In this document: positions 32,143 to 45,295 of the stretch, piece after piece
Numbering within the stretch: position 1 is the stretch's first letter
Layout: every line of letters begins with the position of its first letter
NCBI GenBank assembly: GCA_040954595.2
Contig: CM082582.2
Coordinates: 3,146,303 to 3,210,302, forward strand
Origin: Balanoglossus misakiensis
Lineage: Eukaryota > Animalia > Hemichordata
Length of the DNA stretch: 64,000 nt
Reading direction: 5' to 3'
Made by a program: the position numbers and the translations under genes
The notes under the pieces: model-generated
What the model was told of the DNA's origin: nothing
Database searches by the model: none
What the model saw: the letters and a program-made list of their open reading frames with translations, nothing else

Positions 32143-32437
32143 TGTGGTATTTCTGGAGAAAACCTCACCTGGAGTATACCAGTGCCTGGAGATTCCTGTG
32201 GAAATGCTGATTAGGTGGTGACCCTTATGTGACCTGTCACGTGACCCCGTGAAGGTTATATATAACACCGTGGGACCGGAAGTCGGGGTTCTCTCTCGTC
32301 TCGTCCATGGTCTGGTGCTACACGCTCTACTTGTTCTGGACCCGGACCGCCTGCACGCACTCAACTAGGTGAGTATGCGTTACGGGCATTGACTAGGGAA
32401 ACCTTTCTGTGGCGTTGAAGTTGGGGAAAACGCTACA
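32143..32437 (+). repeat. 3' LTR of element B (295 bp)
   Basis: Matches the 5' LTR except tttccgtggc/tttctgtggc; preceded by PPT agaagaaaacaggggagag. Confidence 0.97.
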
Positions 32438-32441
32438 ATTG

Positions 32442-33215
32442 TGCTGCTGGGGTTGAACCGGACATGTGATCCCTGTAGCCTTGAAAGGATCGGGCTGGAC
32501 GTTGTAGCAACTGACGGTAGGATTGGGCACTTCGTCATTGTGATCTGGTGGCATTCCGTCTTCATCCAGCGTAATGGTGGATGAGCAACATCCTGTTGAC
32601 TGGCTGGTGTTAATGACTGGCTGTGTGTCTGCATGAACATCACCATCTGTTGGCGGTACGAAAACCGGGGATATTTGACTCAAGTGTTCAGTGTGTGGCA
32701 TGGTATGAGATCCGCCTGTCACGTTGGGGGTATGCAAAGCTCTCCCTGACAGTCGCCTGTTGCTAGGGAGCGTGTCAGAACGTGGCTCAAAGGTATACAC
32801 ATTGGTGATGTCCTCTAGTTCCTGTGGCATTTCCACAGCCGTGAAGCCACGCACCATTCTGGACTCCTGAGGTGCTTGGGTGACGATTGTGCGGCGTATG
32901 GCATGTTGTGCCGGACCTGGTGAGCCATATGTATATGTGGACCCACTACCCAGGGTTATTTGTCGCGTGGCTGGGCGCAAGCCGACGTCATTAGCGTCCA
33001 TGAAAGGTATGCCTGCGAGGACTTCCGCATCGAGGCTTTCAGTTACCAGTCCCTCAAACGTAAATTGCGCGTCATCACGGGTGAAAGTGAATCTGGTCTC
33101 GCCGATGACGGTGAGAGCTGAAGACCCATCGGCCTGGCGAGCGGACTGTGAGGTTGCCTGGATAGGAACGCCGAGGCGCTTCGCAGTGGAGAGCCGTATC
33201 ATGTTCGCACTGTGT
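32442..33215 (-). pseudogene. Protease/pol 5' remnant of element A
   Basis: [16 protein letters not shown]...QADGSSALTVIGET...EVLAGIPFM is retropepsin-like, but the catalytic D(S/T)G is missing at the frame change near 33210. Confidence 0.7.
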
Positions 33216-34338
33216 GACGATTGTAGCACGCATCGAGGTAAGGAGACTGGCGCACTTGGACTCTGGATATAGGGGGACGGCACACTTGCACTCTGGATAT
33301 GGAGGGACCAGCCTTCATGTCATCATCTGAAGACTCAGAGTCAAGTCGATGCATTTCGTCAGGGTCATTGTCAATGATACTCGCGATGCGACGCGCCTTG
33401 GTCATGAATCTGCGGTCTTCATCTGGCAAAAACTTGCAAACGCTGAGGAAATGGTCATCAGGGCGCCCCGTTTGTTTACATAATGGGCAGGAACGGTACT
33501 GTCGCCGGTCTCGTTTGGGTTTGGGGGAGTCAACTACACCACCATTGGAGCGATCATCCCAAGTGTCACTATCTTTCTGAGACGTGAAGCGGTTGCGTGA
33601 TGCAGCAGCTCGCAAAACAGTCACCTCCTCCATAGATCTGATTTCATCTAAAAGGGACGATAGGGCCTGTGATATTTCTGGCTTGATTGAAGCAAGTGTA
33701 CGTGTGCGAAGCTCAGTTCCATATCTCTGCTTCACCAATCTTGGTAGGTCTTTATGGATGAGCTGTAGCCATCGAAGGATAATGTAATTTTCCAACGAGG
33801 GGGAGAGTTCTTCATCCTCCATTATTTTGTCTCCGTGGTGGGTGATGCTGCTGTCCTTTCGGAGGAGATTGTCCTCAGCAAAAGCAGTCAATCGCTGAAA
33901 CAGGTCCTCAGGGCGTTCACCTGGCTCGAGGCGAATATCGCAAAAATCGAGTAGATGGGCACCGGTCGACTGAAAACCATAATGGAGGCGGACAGTTTGC
34001 CATATGTTGTCAAGGGATGTGGACTTCTGAACAATGGTGTTACGGGCAATGATGGGACAGAAATTAGCTATCTGTCCAAGCATGAGTTCCAATGCAGATG
34101 CTTTCTGTTGTGCAGTACGGCGTTTGGGAGTTGGAACAGGTTCCCCATCATCTGTAAATCCTCTATGAACGACGGACTTGGATTTCTTTCCCCATGTGGC
34201 GCCCTCTTCCAGGAAAGGGGAGAAATTAGTGTCCAGGGACAAAGTATAAATCAAGTTCTGGCGCCAACTCTCAAATGATGTAATAGTTTCAGACTTACTT
34301 AAGCACCATTGCTTAGGCGCTCGCTGCACGCCCGCCAT
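33199..34338 (-). CDS. gag: Gag-like protein of element A
   Basis: 379-aa open frame from ATG, 160 bp downstream of the PBS; [14 protein letters not shown]-like capsid motif ([16 protein letters not shown]) and [18 protein letters not shown] knuckle variant. Confidence 0.8.
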   Translation of the reverse strand: MAGVQRAPKQWCLSKSETITSFESWRQNLIYTLSLDTNFSPFLEEGATWGKKSKSVVHRGFTDDGEPVPTPKRRTAQQKASALELMLGQIANFCPIIARNTIVQKSTSLDNIWQTVRLHYGFQSTGAHLLDFCDIRLEPGERPEDLFQRLTAFAEDNLLRKDSSITHHGDKIMEDEELSPSLENYIILRWLQLIHKDLPRLVKQRYGTELRTRTLASIKPEISQALSSLLDEIRSMEEVTVLRAAASRNRFTSQKDSDTWDDRSNGGVVDSPKPKRDRRQYRSCPLCKQTGRPDDHFLSVCKFLPDEDRRFMTKARRIASIIDNDPDEMHRLDSESSDDDMKAGPSISRVQVCRPPISRVQVRQSPYLDACYNRHTVRT

Positions 34339-34510
34339 GTTTAAACACTGAGGCAGGTTTTCTCGACGAAATGTGACTTCAAGTTACGCATGTGTAACTC
34401 ACTGGCTGTACACCTATGTGTGTTGAAGTCCTACTGTGACTGAATGTTCAGCAACTGGAAATTACCGTATTGTTGCCGATGACGAGGGTAGATGATCGAC
34501 GCTGCCACCA

Positions 34511-34726
34511 CGTCAACGTGGACACAACCACTGTGTTGTCAGACACCAGCAAAGACTACAACCAGGCACGTAAGGTCGATAACACGAACGGTTTTATTAC
34601 GAACGCACTACGCCGCTAGTTACAAGATGGCGGACGAGCAGAGAGAGAGACACACACGCCACAGGCAAAGCATTGTGGGTAGTGAGGCCAAGGGTCAAAC
34701 CACTAACAACTAACATAGTGGCGCAA
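34511..34726 (-). repeat. 5' LTR of element A
   Basis: Direct repeat of 19968-20183, followed on the minus strand by PBS TGGTGGCAGCG. Confidence 0.88.
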
Positions 34727-34955
34727 GGCGCACTGTTTTCTTTGTGGCTGGCAGTAAGAAATTGAGGTCACTATACATGCTAGTTAAGGCCTTCAACATC
34801 CAGTATGTTCCTGATTTGATATACGTCACAATGATGATATCGTCGTGTCTTACGTCCCATGTGTCTATCGGATTGGTCTGTACGGTCTCTATGTTATGGA
34901 CACAGTTTATGAAGTAACAACCGTTGTAGAAGAAACCTGGCCATTCCTTCGCCAT
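34727..34955 (-). pseudogene. Cytosolic sulfotransferase, 5' part
   Basis: MAKEW...WDVRHDDIIIVTYIKSGTYW (5'-PSB motif). Joins in frame to DLLYEDAD...SPRLLFCHL at 19967 when element A is removed. Confidence 0.85.
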
Positions 34956-35179
34956 TGTGTTTATTGTACTGTCCAAAGCATGAAGTGAAAAGAACAATTT
35001 ACAGTGCAGACCCATTGACCCTTGCTTGTCAGATAGGCCTAGGAAATATTGAGGGCGCTATTCACTTGTAACATGTCATAGACGATCGTCGCCCTTTAAT
35101 CCACATTCGTCCCAGAGATTTCCTTTTGTATAAACCACGTGGTACGTATTTGATTTAACCAGTGATTGTTATCCTGACA

Positions 35180-35575
35180 GAGGAGCAATAACTGACTACC
35201 GAAAGAATGGTTCCGTCAAGCGAATAACTTTCAAAGAGTTGATGGGCTGGCATCTGGTTTGATGGAGCTCGGTCTGCGAAGAGGTGAAAGGTTGGGACTG
35301 CTAGTTGGAAGGCAATACGAATATGTAGTGGGTTACTTGGGAGCTGTCAAAGCTGGACTGGTCCGTGTTCGACTCGATACATCTCTAAAATCAGAGGACC
35401 TCGCAAAACAGATCACTAAAACCAGATGTGATGTATTGGTAGTGGACAACACTTGTCTTCCCAACATCGCTACGTTAGTTCCTGGAGTGGAGGAAGCGTC
35501 TGGCCTTTATACTCCCAAGCTTCTTCCAAGTGTCCGTTGTTTAATCTGTGTTAGTCCAGTCAATCTACGAGATTT
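35180..35575 (+). pseudogene. AMP-binding (acyl-CoA synthetase) N-terminal fragment
   Basis: ELGLRRGERLGLLV...EYVVGYLGAVKAGLVRVRLD...LAKQITKTRCDVLVVD. No downstream TSGTTG motif or further exons recognised. Confidence 0.6.
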
Positions 35576-37935
35576 GGGCACCCAACCCACCACAAATTGC
35601 AACAGATTTGTTTTTCTTCACAATGCATTTTGGAGAGGTGTCTAGAACAACATATTAAAATGCACCCGAATCCACCTTGTGGAAGTATGTCTAATTGCAT
35701 AAATCTGAAAAAAAAACTTTGCACATTTATTACAAAACTGCATTTGCTACATCCGAAAACAAAGCAACACAAAAATCAACACACACAAAATCAGCGTTAA
35801 CTACGTCATCGACGATGACTTGATACAGTACACCATCCAGCTGGTGCATAGTACTGATACAATTAATGTTACATGTAGTCATATTACAATGATGTAGTAT
35901 GACCACCCTAGCCGGCACATTACCTATAAATATATAATACTTATTTCCTAAAGATGATAATCTGATAAAATTGTGTCAAGAATGTTGCAACACAATTTTG
36001 CAACACAATAAGGCAATAAAGTTTGTTATCTGAACTGAATAGGGAAGATGTTTTCTTTTTTTTCTGAATTTTCTGAATGTTAGTGTTGTGGTAATTATGG
36101 TCAGTCACAGATATAAATCCTACTTCAAATACATACTCTTTCTGTAGCAATTATGACATCAAAGAGACTGTAAAAATACAAATTTGGACCATAGAGAGTG
36201 TTGCACAGATCAAAATATTGGTCTGGGTCACAAAGCAAAATGATTCATTTCCGTATGAGAACCAAAATGCAGAATTGGCCATACCAAAAGAAAATTTTAC
36301 AAGCGGCATTTTTTTTTCTTTTGGTCATCTTCCATTTTATACGGATGGGAAATTTGGGATCAGTCGCCTTCCATCTTTATGTATCTGTGCATTGCATGTA
36401 TGGTATGTATGTGTGTGTGTGTATATATATATGAGTGAATGTTTTTCCATCTTTTATGTAAAATTCAAAGGGAAAGGCCTGGGGACTGTGAGTGCACACC
36501 GGGTAAAAAAGAATTCCACTACATTTGCATTTGAGTCAGTAAGTGTGATACAGTCGAGTTTGAATCCCTGATGGTAATTTGGTGGCTTTATTGGCATTTT
36601 TAATTGAAGAAGTACAATTTGGGGCAAACTTTGTATGTTAATTTCTGGCAAAAATTGCTGCTTGTAAAGTTTTCTTTTAGTATGGCAAACTTATTTTCTC
36701 AGGAATTCCCAATTCTGGATTTTAATTACAAATCCTTCATCTGAGATTAGATTGATATATGGGACATTGTTATATACTGCTGCTGTGAAGGTGGCCATTC
36801 AAATTTCCCTCCGACGAACGTCATTTCCAACATTGCACTCTTTCAGTTATCCCAATTTTCAAGTTACCAAGAGTAAGCCTAAAATTTAATAATCAAGATG
36901 AAGAAACCATATTAAATTGACATTTAGCTTTTTTCAATCGATTTTTTGGTTGGCTGAAATGTACCATGGATCAAACTTGCATATGCACTCATACTTAGGG
37001 TTTATAATACCTATATACATACATCAGTGCATACATCATTATATTATGATTTCCCAACAGTTGCAGCTGATGGAGCTTCAAGATGCTTCAGACCAACTGC
37101 TAAGTTCTATTGATGTACCCGAAACATGTAATTATCTCAAACAGCGCCCTCACCATCAGTATAAATTACGACTCTTTCTTCTTTCTCAATTCAGGATGAT
37201 GAGTCATCATCATAGTATTCTCACATGGATTATAATCGTCGCCTATTTTTCCTTCAGTCGATTACTTTTTATCATTCAAGCGACACATATTAAAACCTGA
37301 TAACTTCTAGCCTTTTCAAAAACACTAATTCTACTAAGCCAAATGAAGTAATGAAGAAATAAATTAATATAAGAAATTGCCACCTGGTCAGTGTTTCCAG
37401 CTGGGGGGGGGATACCCTGTTTTTGAAACACTCGAGGTTAGTGTGTTTTACATGCTCGATATATTATAAGACGCATACAATCACCACCTGAGGAGGTTCT
37501 TGTATAAAATCATAAACATACGCTTCGTGATGACACATTGGCCAAAATTGTAGAAATAAGAAAAGGTCCACTCCCACATATTCTTGGGTGTCTGTGCTTT
37601 TTTCGCAGCGCCCAGGAAACCCTAACAGAGTTTGCACTATGTAACATGACCCAAATGAGGGTTTAATCTACAAATGTTCACTATCAAAAATTATATGTAA
37701 GAAATTGTAAAGTAATTCAAAATACATATGCAGCTATTTGTCGGAATATATCTGTGGAGCATCTCACTTTATGTTGAGCTGTTTAGCGGTACTTAACTGC
37801 ATAAAGACATTGTTCGGTCTAAATCTGTTATGTAACCCATTTTGACGAGTGTTTTAAAACTCAATTAATTAAATTTTGCTTTGCCTCAAAACTATGCCAT
37901 AATGCTTCATTGCTTTCAAACACTTTGGCTCATAC

Positions 37936-38678
37936 TAAGGGACCGTTAAGTTTTTACAGCCTGAGGGCCGGCAAAATCCAGGGGTGAGTCACTTAAAGTT
38001 TGAAATCCAAATCATCTTTATTTTCGAAACGTTTGAGGGGTCACATACTTTTGCCCCCCCCCCCCCCCCCCCAGTTTTGCGCTTGCGTCCACAAAAATGA
38101 AGTTTTGAGCCCTTTATTTTACAAAATTTTCTAATGTGGGAGGGGGGCACCCCATTCCCACACCAACACACCTACCCCATTCTTCACCACATTTCATTTA
38201 TTGGCTGTTTTGTCTAGTGTACCAGGGCAGAGTACTTGCCACCCCACTCTACCGATGCTAACTTTGAGTGGCAAAAGTAAAATTTGTCATCCTCAACATT
38301 GATTTAATTTGTTCTGTTCTTGTTTTACCAATTCTACCAACTATTGTATTGACTTGTCATTTTAACTTTACCGCAACACTATACTATTTTACACCTTTTA
38401 TTTATAATTAAAGTGTGGGGAGCCTCTTTCCCTTTATCTACAGTGTACATAAGATGAGGACCGCGAGCACGCTCTTGGAAACAAGCCTTTTTCTTCAACA
38501 GGTAGTTGTTTAATGTTTTCGGGGGGGGGGGGTCATCATATGTTTTGCCTGTCAAAAGGGGTTTGCCATTTTTTGGTCCTTGGTGAAGGCGCGTCTGCCT
38601 GATTTTGAAAACCAATGACACAAACATGCCGACCACCCCCCCCCCCCCACCCCAGCCTTAAAAACTGAACGGTCCATA
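37936..38678. mobile_element. ~740-bp non-autonomous TIR element (Harbinger-like)
   Basis: taagggaccgttaagttttta ... taaaaactgaacggtccata imperfect inverted ends; internal poly-C/poly-G tracts. Confidence 0.5.
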
Positions 38679-38779
38679 AAATCAAAATCAAATGGATTAA
38701 CCCTAATCTGACTTATTTCAAAATCTGTTTATTAGGATAGCTTTCAGATGTGCAACTGAGATACGGTTCACAACTCAAG

Positions 38780-38876
38780 TGCGCGCGCGCGCGTACACAC
38801 ACACACACATACATACATACACACACACACAAACACACACACACACACGCACGCACGCACGCACACACACACACAA
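38780..38876. repeat. Compound (GC)n/(CA)n/(CATA)n microsatellite
   Basis: Direct reading. Confidence 0.9.
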
Positions 38877-39150
38877 ACTAAGTCTAACACTCTTTAATTT
38901 GTATCAGGGAACAGTTTAATATCATAACAACACGCACATTTGATATTTGGATGACTTTTGCTAAGAATGTGTGAAACATTTCCCCGATGTAGTTTCTTCC
39001 TTTTTCCTAGTTTGCATCCAAGGCTAGACTTATGAAAACGGGCTTATCGACTCGAACTCAGACAAATAACAGTTATTGTGATTCGTATACATGTGAGCAG
39101 TCGTTTAGTGGAGCCATCACCAATCTCCTGTGATGGTGCCAGATGTTCGG

Positions 39151-39479
39151 CCACTTTAAACCCCGGTGCGGAAAGTACTGGGGGTTCGGATTAACGTGTG
39201 TTTGTATAGTTGTTTATTTGGGAGTGGTCGTCGTGCATAATGACTGTGTAATTGCTCTCATGTACACAGAAAATAATTGAACACTTTACACTTCCACGCG
39301 ATTGACAACTGTTTGAATGGCGTGGTTATTGTTTCCCAGGGACGCTTCTGAAAAGCACCTGTTTGGGCCGATTTTCATAGAGCCAAGATCGTTGGTTTTG
39401 TCTGTTGTCAGTCAAACGGCATTAAGATTCGCCACTGATTTGGGGGGTCTTTTATACCCCGCACCGGGGTTTAACGTGG
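39151..39479. mobile_element. ~330-bp inverted-repeat element (probable MITE)
   Basis: ccactttaaaccccggtgcgg ... ccgcaccggggtttaacgtgg. Confidence 0.45.
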
Positions 39480-40468
39480 TGATTAATTCAACGCCAACAA
39501 CCGAAGAACCGGATAGCGATAAAACGCACAACAATTGTTCGTCGACAGTTTGTTCGCTGTCGTGAATATTAAATATCAATGTTTTTTTTATTTCTCATGC
39601 GACATTAAGCCATGTATGCGAATGTAACCTTATGTTAGACATAAATGAATACCTAAAATGTGTGTTCGTGCAAACTGAGTGTGATTTCTTTCACTCATAG
39701 TAACATGTCTAATAATTGAACCGACGTAATTGAAAACTCAAATGAGCAGGTGAACGCAATTGATATTTATTGCTACACCACTGCAAGAAGTAACACCAAT
39801 TATTTTTTAGCCTTATGCCCGACTACCTATGATACCATACTCGACTACCCATCACGAGCGACCGTTACCCATAACCAATTATCCCTATACCCGGCCCTGC
39901 CACTTCCAACTGCACGTAATATGAGACTGTTCAACTATGCCCACATACCCCTGGCGGTGCCAATCCCAGGCCGGGGAAAGCGGAGTAGACACTCGTGCTT
40001 GTTCGAAAAGGATGTTCAACAAAAGAAGACAATCTATTTTAAATATGGGACAACTTGACCAAAATCACCCACCAATATAAGAGAAGGAGAGAATTTTTCG
40101 AGCTTTGAATACCCGACAGACTCTCGCAGCCACCGGCAAGTGTTTCCGAAAAAGTATACGTATACCCTTTCCCCTTGTTTTCACGGACGATGACGATATA
40201 CAAGAATGCCTCTTTTCCGAGATTCCCATCCTCCCTGGGATGGCAATCAACCAGGATCATTCCTGACTACTGAGCCCAGACAACAAGTCACCTGAAGATT
40301 ATGGCTGAGTACATCCACCAAGGTCGATTAATTGGACAGTGTCGTCACCTCCTTCGCCGAGTTTATGGAACTTTCTACTAAACATTGGACATTGGACTTG
40401 ATTACTTTTATTTGTTCACCTGTCAGGTTCAAAAGAATCTTTCATTCTTGTAGTTTCCTTGTATACTG

Positions 40469-40805
40469 TTTAAAGGGACAAAGTCTCTCTCTCACAGCCC
40501 TTTTTCCATAAATTATGTTTGATACAAGACACTGTTTATGATATTCTACATGCGGATATATAGTGAATCAACATTTGACCACACACATCTCCCATCACGT
40601 TTGTAGGATATGAAAGTAAAAATCTCGCCAAAATGAATATTATTCATTTTGTGGAGTTTTTCAATCTCGTGTCTACAAGTGGGACGGAAGTTGTGTGTGG
40701 TCGAACATTGATTCACTATATATTCACATGTAGAATATAATAAACAGTGTCTTGTATCAAGCATTATTTATGGAAAAAGGGCTGCGAGAGACTTTGGCCC
40801 TTTAA
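40469..40805. mobile_element. TTAA-flanked TIR element (Kolobok-like MITE)
   Basis: ttaaagggacaaagtctctc ... gagactttggccctttaa with long internal inverted arms; partial copy at ~5670-5914. Confidence 0.65.
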
Positions 40806-41759
40806 TGTTTTATTACTACTTTAGTTTCTATAATTAAAATTTACAATATTTAAAGTGATATCGTGCCCTGTTGTAGACCATCTTTGTTGCGATGCTGGTT
40901 GGTTCGGTGTAAAACAAGACATCTGGTCAGATATATTTATTTTTTTGCCTTGCTTCGGCTCGAACGGCCAGCGTGTCGTAACAAATGGGGGGCTCGTCGG
41001 GAGGGGGGGGGGGGGGTTGTTCGATTCATTCAAAAGGGACAGTGAACACTGGTTCGCGACTTTTCCGAGGCTTCCACAGGGGTGTTTGTTGGAAATGAAA
41101 ATTTAACTGTTGATGATTCACAAGAACTGCGAAAGGCCGAATTACAGCTGGTAGCTGCTCATGTTGGAGTTAGTCTGCATGGGTAGTGATGTAACAAAGA
41201 AGGAAATTATCGATGCTCTTTCTACTTTCTTTGAATTGACCAAACGTAGTATAGAGAATACTGAGGGTACTACAGTGGAATTGGCAAACCTGCAAATATA
41301 ACGACGTTGTAGATAAAATTGAAACAATGTATAAGAGAAAATGTCCCCTTGTAAAAAATGTTATCTTTATATCGAGATTCTTCTTCTGTTGTGTATTTTG
41401 AGATGAAATTAGCCTTTCATACCTAGCAGTGATTATTTTGTTCCTCATTAAAATAAACCATATATGTCAAAAACTAAATAGTAATTATGCCGATATCATT
41501 TTGGTCGGAATGAATACGTTTCTCATTGCAACGCCTTTTCTAAAGGCGAAATTACAATGCCTGCCTTCGAACGCACACGAAGCATTCGGCCAATAGAGGG
41601 CGCCCTGTGCAGCATGGGAAGTTCATTGTTGGCGACGTCATAGACGCGTTTTTAGAACGAATAAGAATTAAAATATTTAGCAAAAGTGTCAGTGCCTATG
41701 GGGTGCCATGTGTTAACTTATTATTTAGCTAAATTATTTGTTCAAAAGTCGTTATTTAA

Positions 41760-42260
41760 CATACTTATATGTATGTAATTATAGATTTGCAAACCATTTA
41801 AGTCCTGACAATTTATTTATAAATAATTTCAAGTCGATTCAATTATATACATAAAATGTATTTTATGCTCTTTTATTTATATATAATAAATTATTTATAA
41901 ACAATGTCAGTGTCAGTCTATTATATATATATCATGAGTGATGTACATATTTATTTATATTTAATTAATTATTTATAAATAATAAAAATTTAAGTGTATT
42001 ATATATATATCATGAGTGATGTACATAATTATTTATATATAATTAATTATTTATAAATAATAAAATTGTAAGTGTATTATATTATATCATGAGTGATGTA
42101 CATAATTATTTATATATAATTAATTATTTATTAATAAAAAAAATTTAAGTGTATTATATATATATCATGAGTGATTTATAAATAATTTAAGTGCAAGTCT
42201 ATTATATATATATCATGAGTGATTTACATTATATAATGAATTATATATAAATAAGTGATT
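41760..42260. repeat. AT-rich minisatellite, ~78-bp period
   Basis: tatatcatgagtgat recurs at ~41930, 42008, 42085, 42163 and 42210. Confidence 0.8.
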
Positions 42261-43734
42261 TCTAAACCATGAAAAAATGCACGCGCCGTTTGTCAACTTA
42301 TTATTTAACGCAAACTCATTATTTAACGCAAACTCATTATTTAAGGCCTGTTCACACAACCCCTTGCATTTGGATCATTACGCACACATATAGTCCCCAC
42401 ACGTGAACAAGAAATGCACATTACATGCGGTCATTTCATTTTTATTATACTCCTTTCAAAGGTTAGATTAAACACCGAAAAAGGTATCAACTAGTTAGTG
42501 ATTTTAGCCCGTGATTGCAATGTTTGATTGAAACACGAAAAGCTGATCGATAGCTCTACATTGTGGTCTCCGAGGTCAAAGGTTGGCCGGTCATGACAAT
42601 GCCATTATTAAAATAGGGGCCAGTCTTCAAGACGTGACTCTACCAGCCTCCAGACCAGGAACTGGCGACCCGCCGTTTGTTTCCAACGCCAAATTTGATT
42701 CTAATGTTGAATTTACGAGAAAACAATTTATCTGACCTGTAGTTTTTTGGCTCACTTACGTTTTAATTTGGAAACTTACTTAAAAAAATCATACGCCACC
42801 AGAATAATACTGTCAATTCCAGGATGGATCCTAACCTTGGTAATATTGTAACATCTAGTTTCAGTACAATGGTATAAGTGTATTTTTATATCACATTGCA
42901 TATCACTGACTTGTAATATTTCACAATACATACCTCACTTTTGACTGGCTGCTTTTCCTGTACCAAGCACTACAATGGAGAATTTACAACTTTCTTAGAG
43001 ATTATTGAAAATGTAAAAGCTAGGTTTGAAAATATTCTTAGGTTGTGGTATCCGTAGAATGTCAAATTTGTATTTTTGGTTATCTGCTGATATACATGTA
43101 CAGTCGGACCTGTCTATAGTGGCCAGTCAAGGGACTTTCCTAAACTGGCCTGTATAGACAGGTCAATCAATGTATATGTTAAATTGCACAGGGACTGTAA
43201 TAAAGTGGCCACTATATAGAGGTGGTCACTAACACAGGTATGTCCATGGCAAAGTGATTTTTGTCCAAAGTAATGTTTTTTCCCTTCATACATACATCAT
43301 GGTTTCTTTTGTACATTTTACTTACCAAGACTGTCATATTACCAGTACACCTTTTTTTTTAAAGAAAAAAAAATGGCTTTGGGGATATTAGATTAAGGCA
43401 AAGACTGTTTAATTTTGTAAATATGAATTTCAAATGTACGTCTAATATATGAAGTTGTGAAGAGAGAAATTATGAAACAATGTGTAAGCAATATCATTCC
43501 TGGAAATAAAGTTTAATTTCTGTCAGACATACTTTTGTCTTGGAATTGTTTGTGGGTGAGAGAGGAAGCAGATGATTTCTGGGGAGAATCAAAGATTTGG
43601 GAGGAAACAATAGTGACTGACAAAAACTGTCATATCTGAAAGGTAAATAAGCTTCATATGAAAGGTAAATAGCCTTCATATGAATGATAAATAGCCTTCA
43701 TACGAAAGGTAAATACCCTTCATATGAAAAATCA

Positions 43735-45295
43735 CTTGTGATATCATATGACCCTATGAGGGCGCTATAATCAGAAGGGATTGCCAATTCATTGAGTGGG
43801 TGGGGTGTGTGATTATGATACAATGAATCTAAAAGATTCAATAAATACCATGAATCTTTTTCAAAATTAAAGACAATATAATTTGACAGATTTTTAGTCA
43901 GTATACTTGATTCTGAATGGTTATGGTGAGCATTTCAGATTCGAATGATTGGCTCGGCTTATGTGTTAAACCTGACCGAGTCAGAAGTTTTTGTTGACTT
44001 TGGCATCATCTCTTTCATGATGTGTTTATATGGAACTGTTTGTGTAGGGGTTGAATATGGAGTGAGCTTGCTTGCAGAGAGCTGAGTTGGTAATTTCTCT
44101 GCAGTGAGTGGATATTCTGCTCAAACTCCAGTATACTGTGTCGGCTTTCATTCAAACAATTATTTCACATATTTAATAGACTAAACAAATAATGTAAGAA
44201 TAATAATGACTATTTATTGCTCTATATAAACAAACAAAAAAATATTTCAATAATAAACATAAAACAAAAATAAAAAGCACAAATTAAAACTAAAGTGTCA
44301 AAGATATAAAATGCTTTGAACAAAATCTTGTATTTTATACAAAGAATTAATAATGACGTAAATTTACTACTCTATGTAAATGCTTTGAACAAAATCTTGT
44401 ATTTTATACAAAGAATTAATAATGACGTAAATTTACTACTCTATGTAAAACTAATAAAAATAAATTTGAAATAATAAATCTAAAACAAAATTAAACAACA
44501 TAAATTAAATCATAGATCTCATATCATGCAGTTTAGGTTATGAAAAGAATATACAATTAAAATTTACTGCTATATGTAAACAAAAATATATTAAAAACAA
44601 TAAGCATAAAAAAATAAAGGATATATCAAATTTGGTTCCTTCAGTTCTCGCGATACGCCAAAATGTCAAAATTCAATATTATAAGAAGCAACACTCACTA
44701 ACTTCAATAAGCTGTCAACAATCATTCATAAAACTACATTTTCCACATACAGGTTCAATGTTTAGAGCATCTGATTTCTTAAGTGAATTAAACTTATTTG
44801 GATATCCTCACTAGTTTTTAAAGTGAATATAAAAGGAGGTCAGTCAGGACAAGTATAGTTCAAACAAGCTGACCATAGAATGTGACCGCAAAAATATGTA
44901 TGTTGGGATATGTTGAGTGAAAAAGAAAATGCAAGATACTAACATGATGATGATCTATGGTATGAGTATCAAGTATGGCTCCTATATACAACACCAAACA
45001 ACACCATCGGAACTCAGAATAACAGAGCTGCTCATCGCTAAGCGCTAAAAAGAACTAGGGCGATCTCCAGAAACGGTATAAGGAAGTCCCACCTGACTCA
45101 GACTGATTAAGTCATGCATCACACACACAAAAAGAAAAGAAATAGATGACAACCCTCCATCCAACACCCCCTCCAGTATGACGATAATATTAAGGGGTGC
45201 AAGTGTGAAAATAATTCAATGTCATAACCATAATACTGATATCAAACTGTACACAGCATGACCATTTTTCACTTTTACCAAACAATTGAACATGG
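43735..45295 (-). repeat. 3' UTR/flank of NLR copy 1, duplicated at ~59165-60731
   Basis: Long collinear similarity (e.g. ttgtgatatcatatgacc, ggagtgag...gagctgagttgg, gaactcagaataacag). Copy 1 has an extra ~69-bp tandem duplication at ~44310-44447. Confidence 0.9.

Larger units (their letters stand above)
21170..32437 (+). mobile_element. Gypsy LTR retrotransposon B, intact, 11,268 bp, three ORFs (HhH-Gag, Pol-PHD, TatD-containing ORF3)
   Basis: TG...CA LTRs 21170-21464 and 32143-32437 (one mismatch seen); TSD ATTG at 21166-21169 and 32438-32441; PBS at 21466; PPT at 32124-32142; PR-RT-RH-IN order. Confidence 0.97.
19968..34726 (-). mobile_element. Gypsy LTR retrotransposon A, non-autonomous (~3.5 kb excluding nested element B), inserted in the sulfotransferase gene
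   Basis: ~216-bp direct repeats at 19968-20183 and 34511-34726 with ~3 differences. Minus-strand PBS TGGTGGCAGCG (34500-34510, tRNA-Leu-like) and PPT (~20184-20210). gag plus a deleted pol. Confidence 0.9.

Noticed and set aside
39900-40440. Possible LINE/Penelope 3' remnant (YKNASFPR-like peptide)
   Set aside because: Too short and degenerate to support by eye.
41588-41606. CTCF-like motif ccaatagagggcgc (similar gagggcgct at ~35051, ~43758, ~59188)
   Set aside because: Short motif with no functional evidence; two instances are simply part of the duplication.
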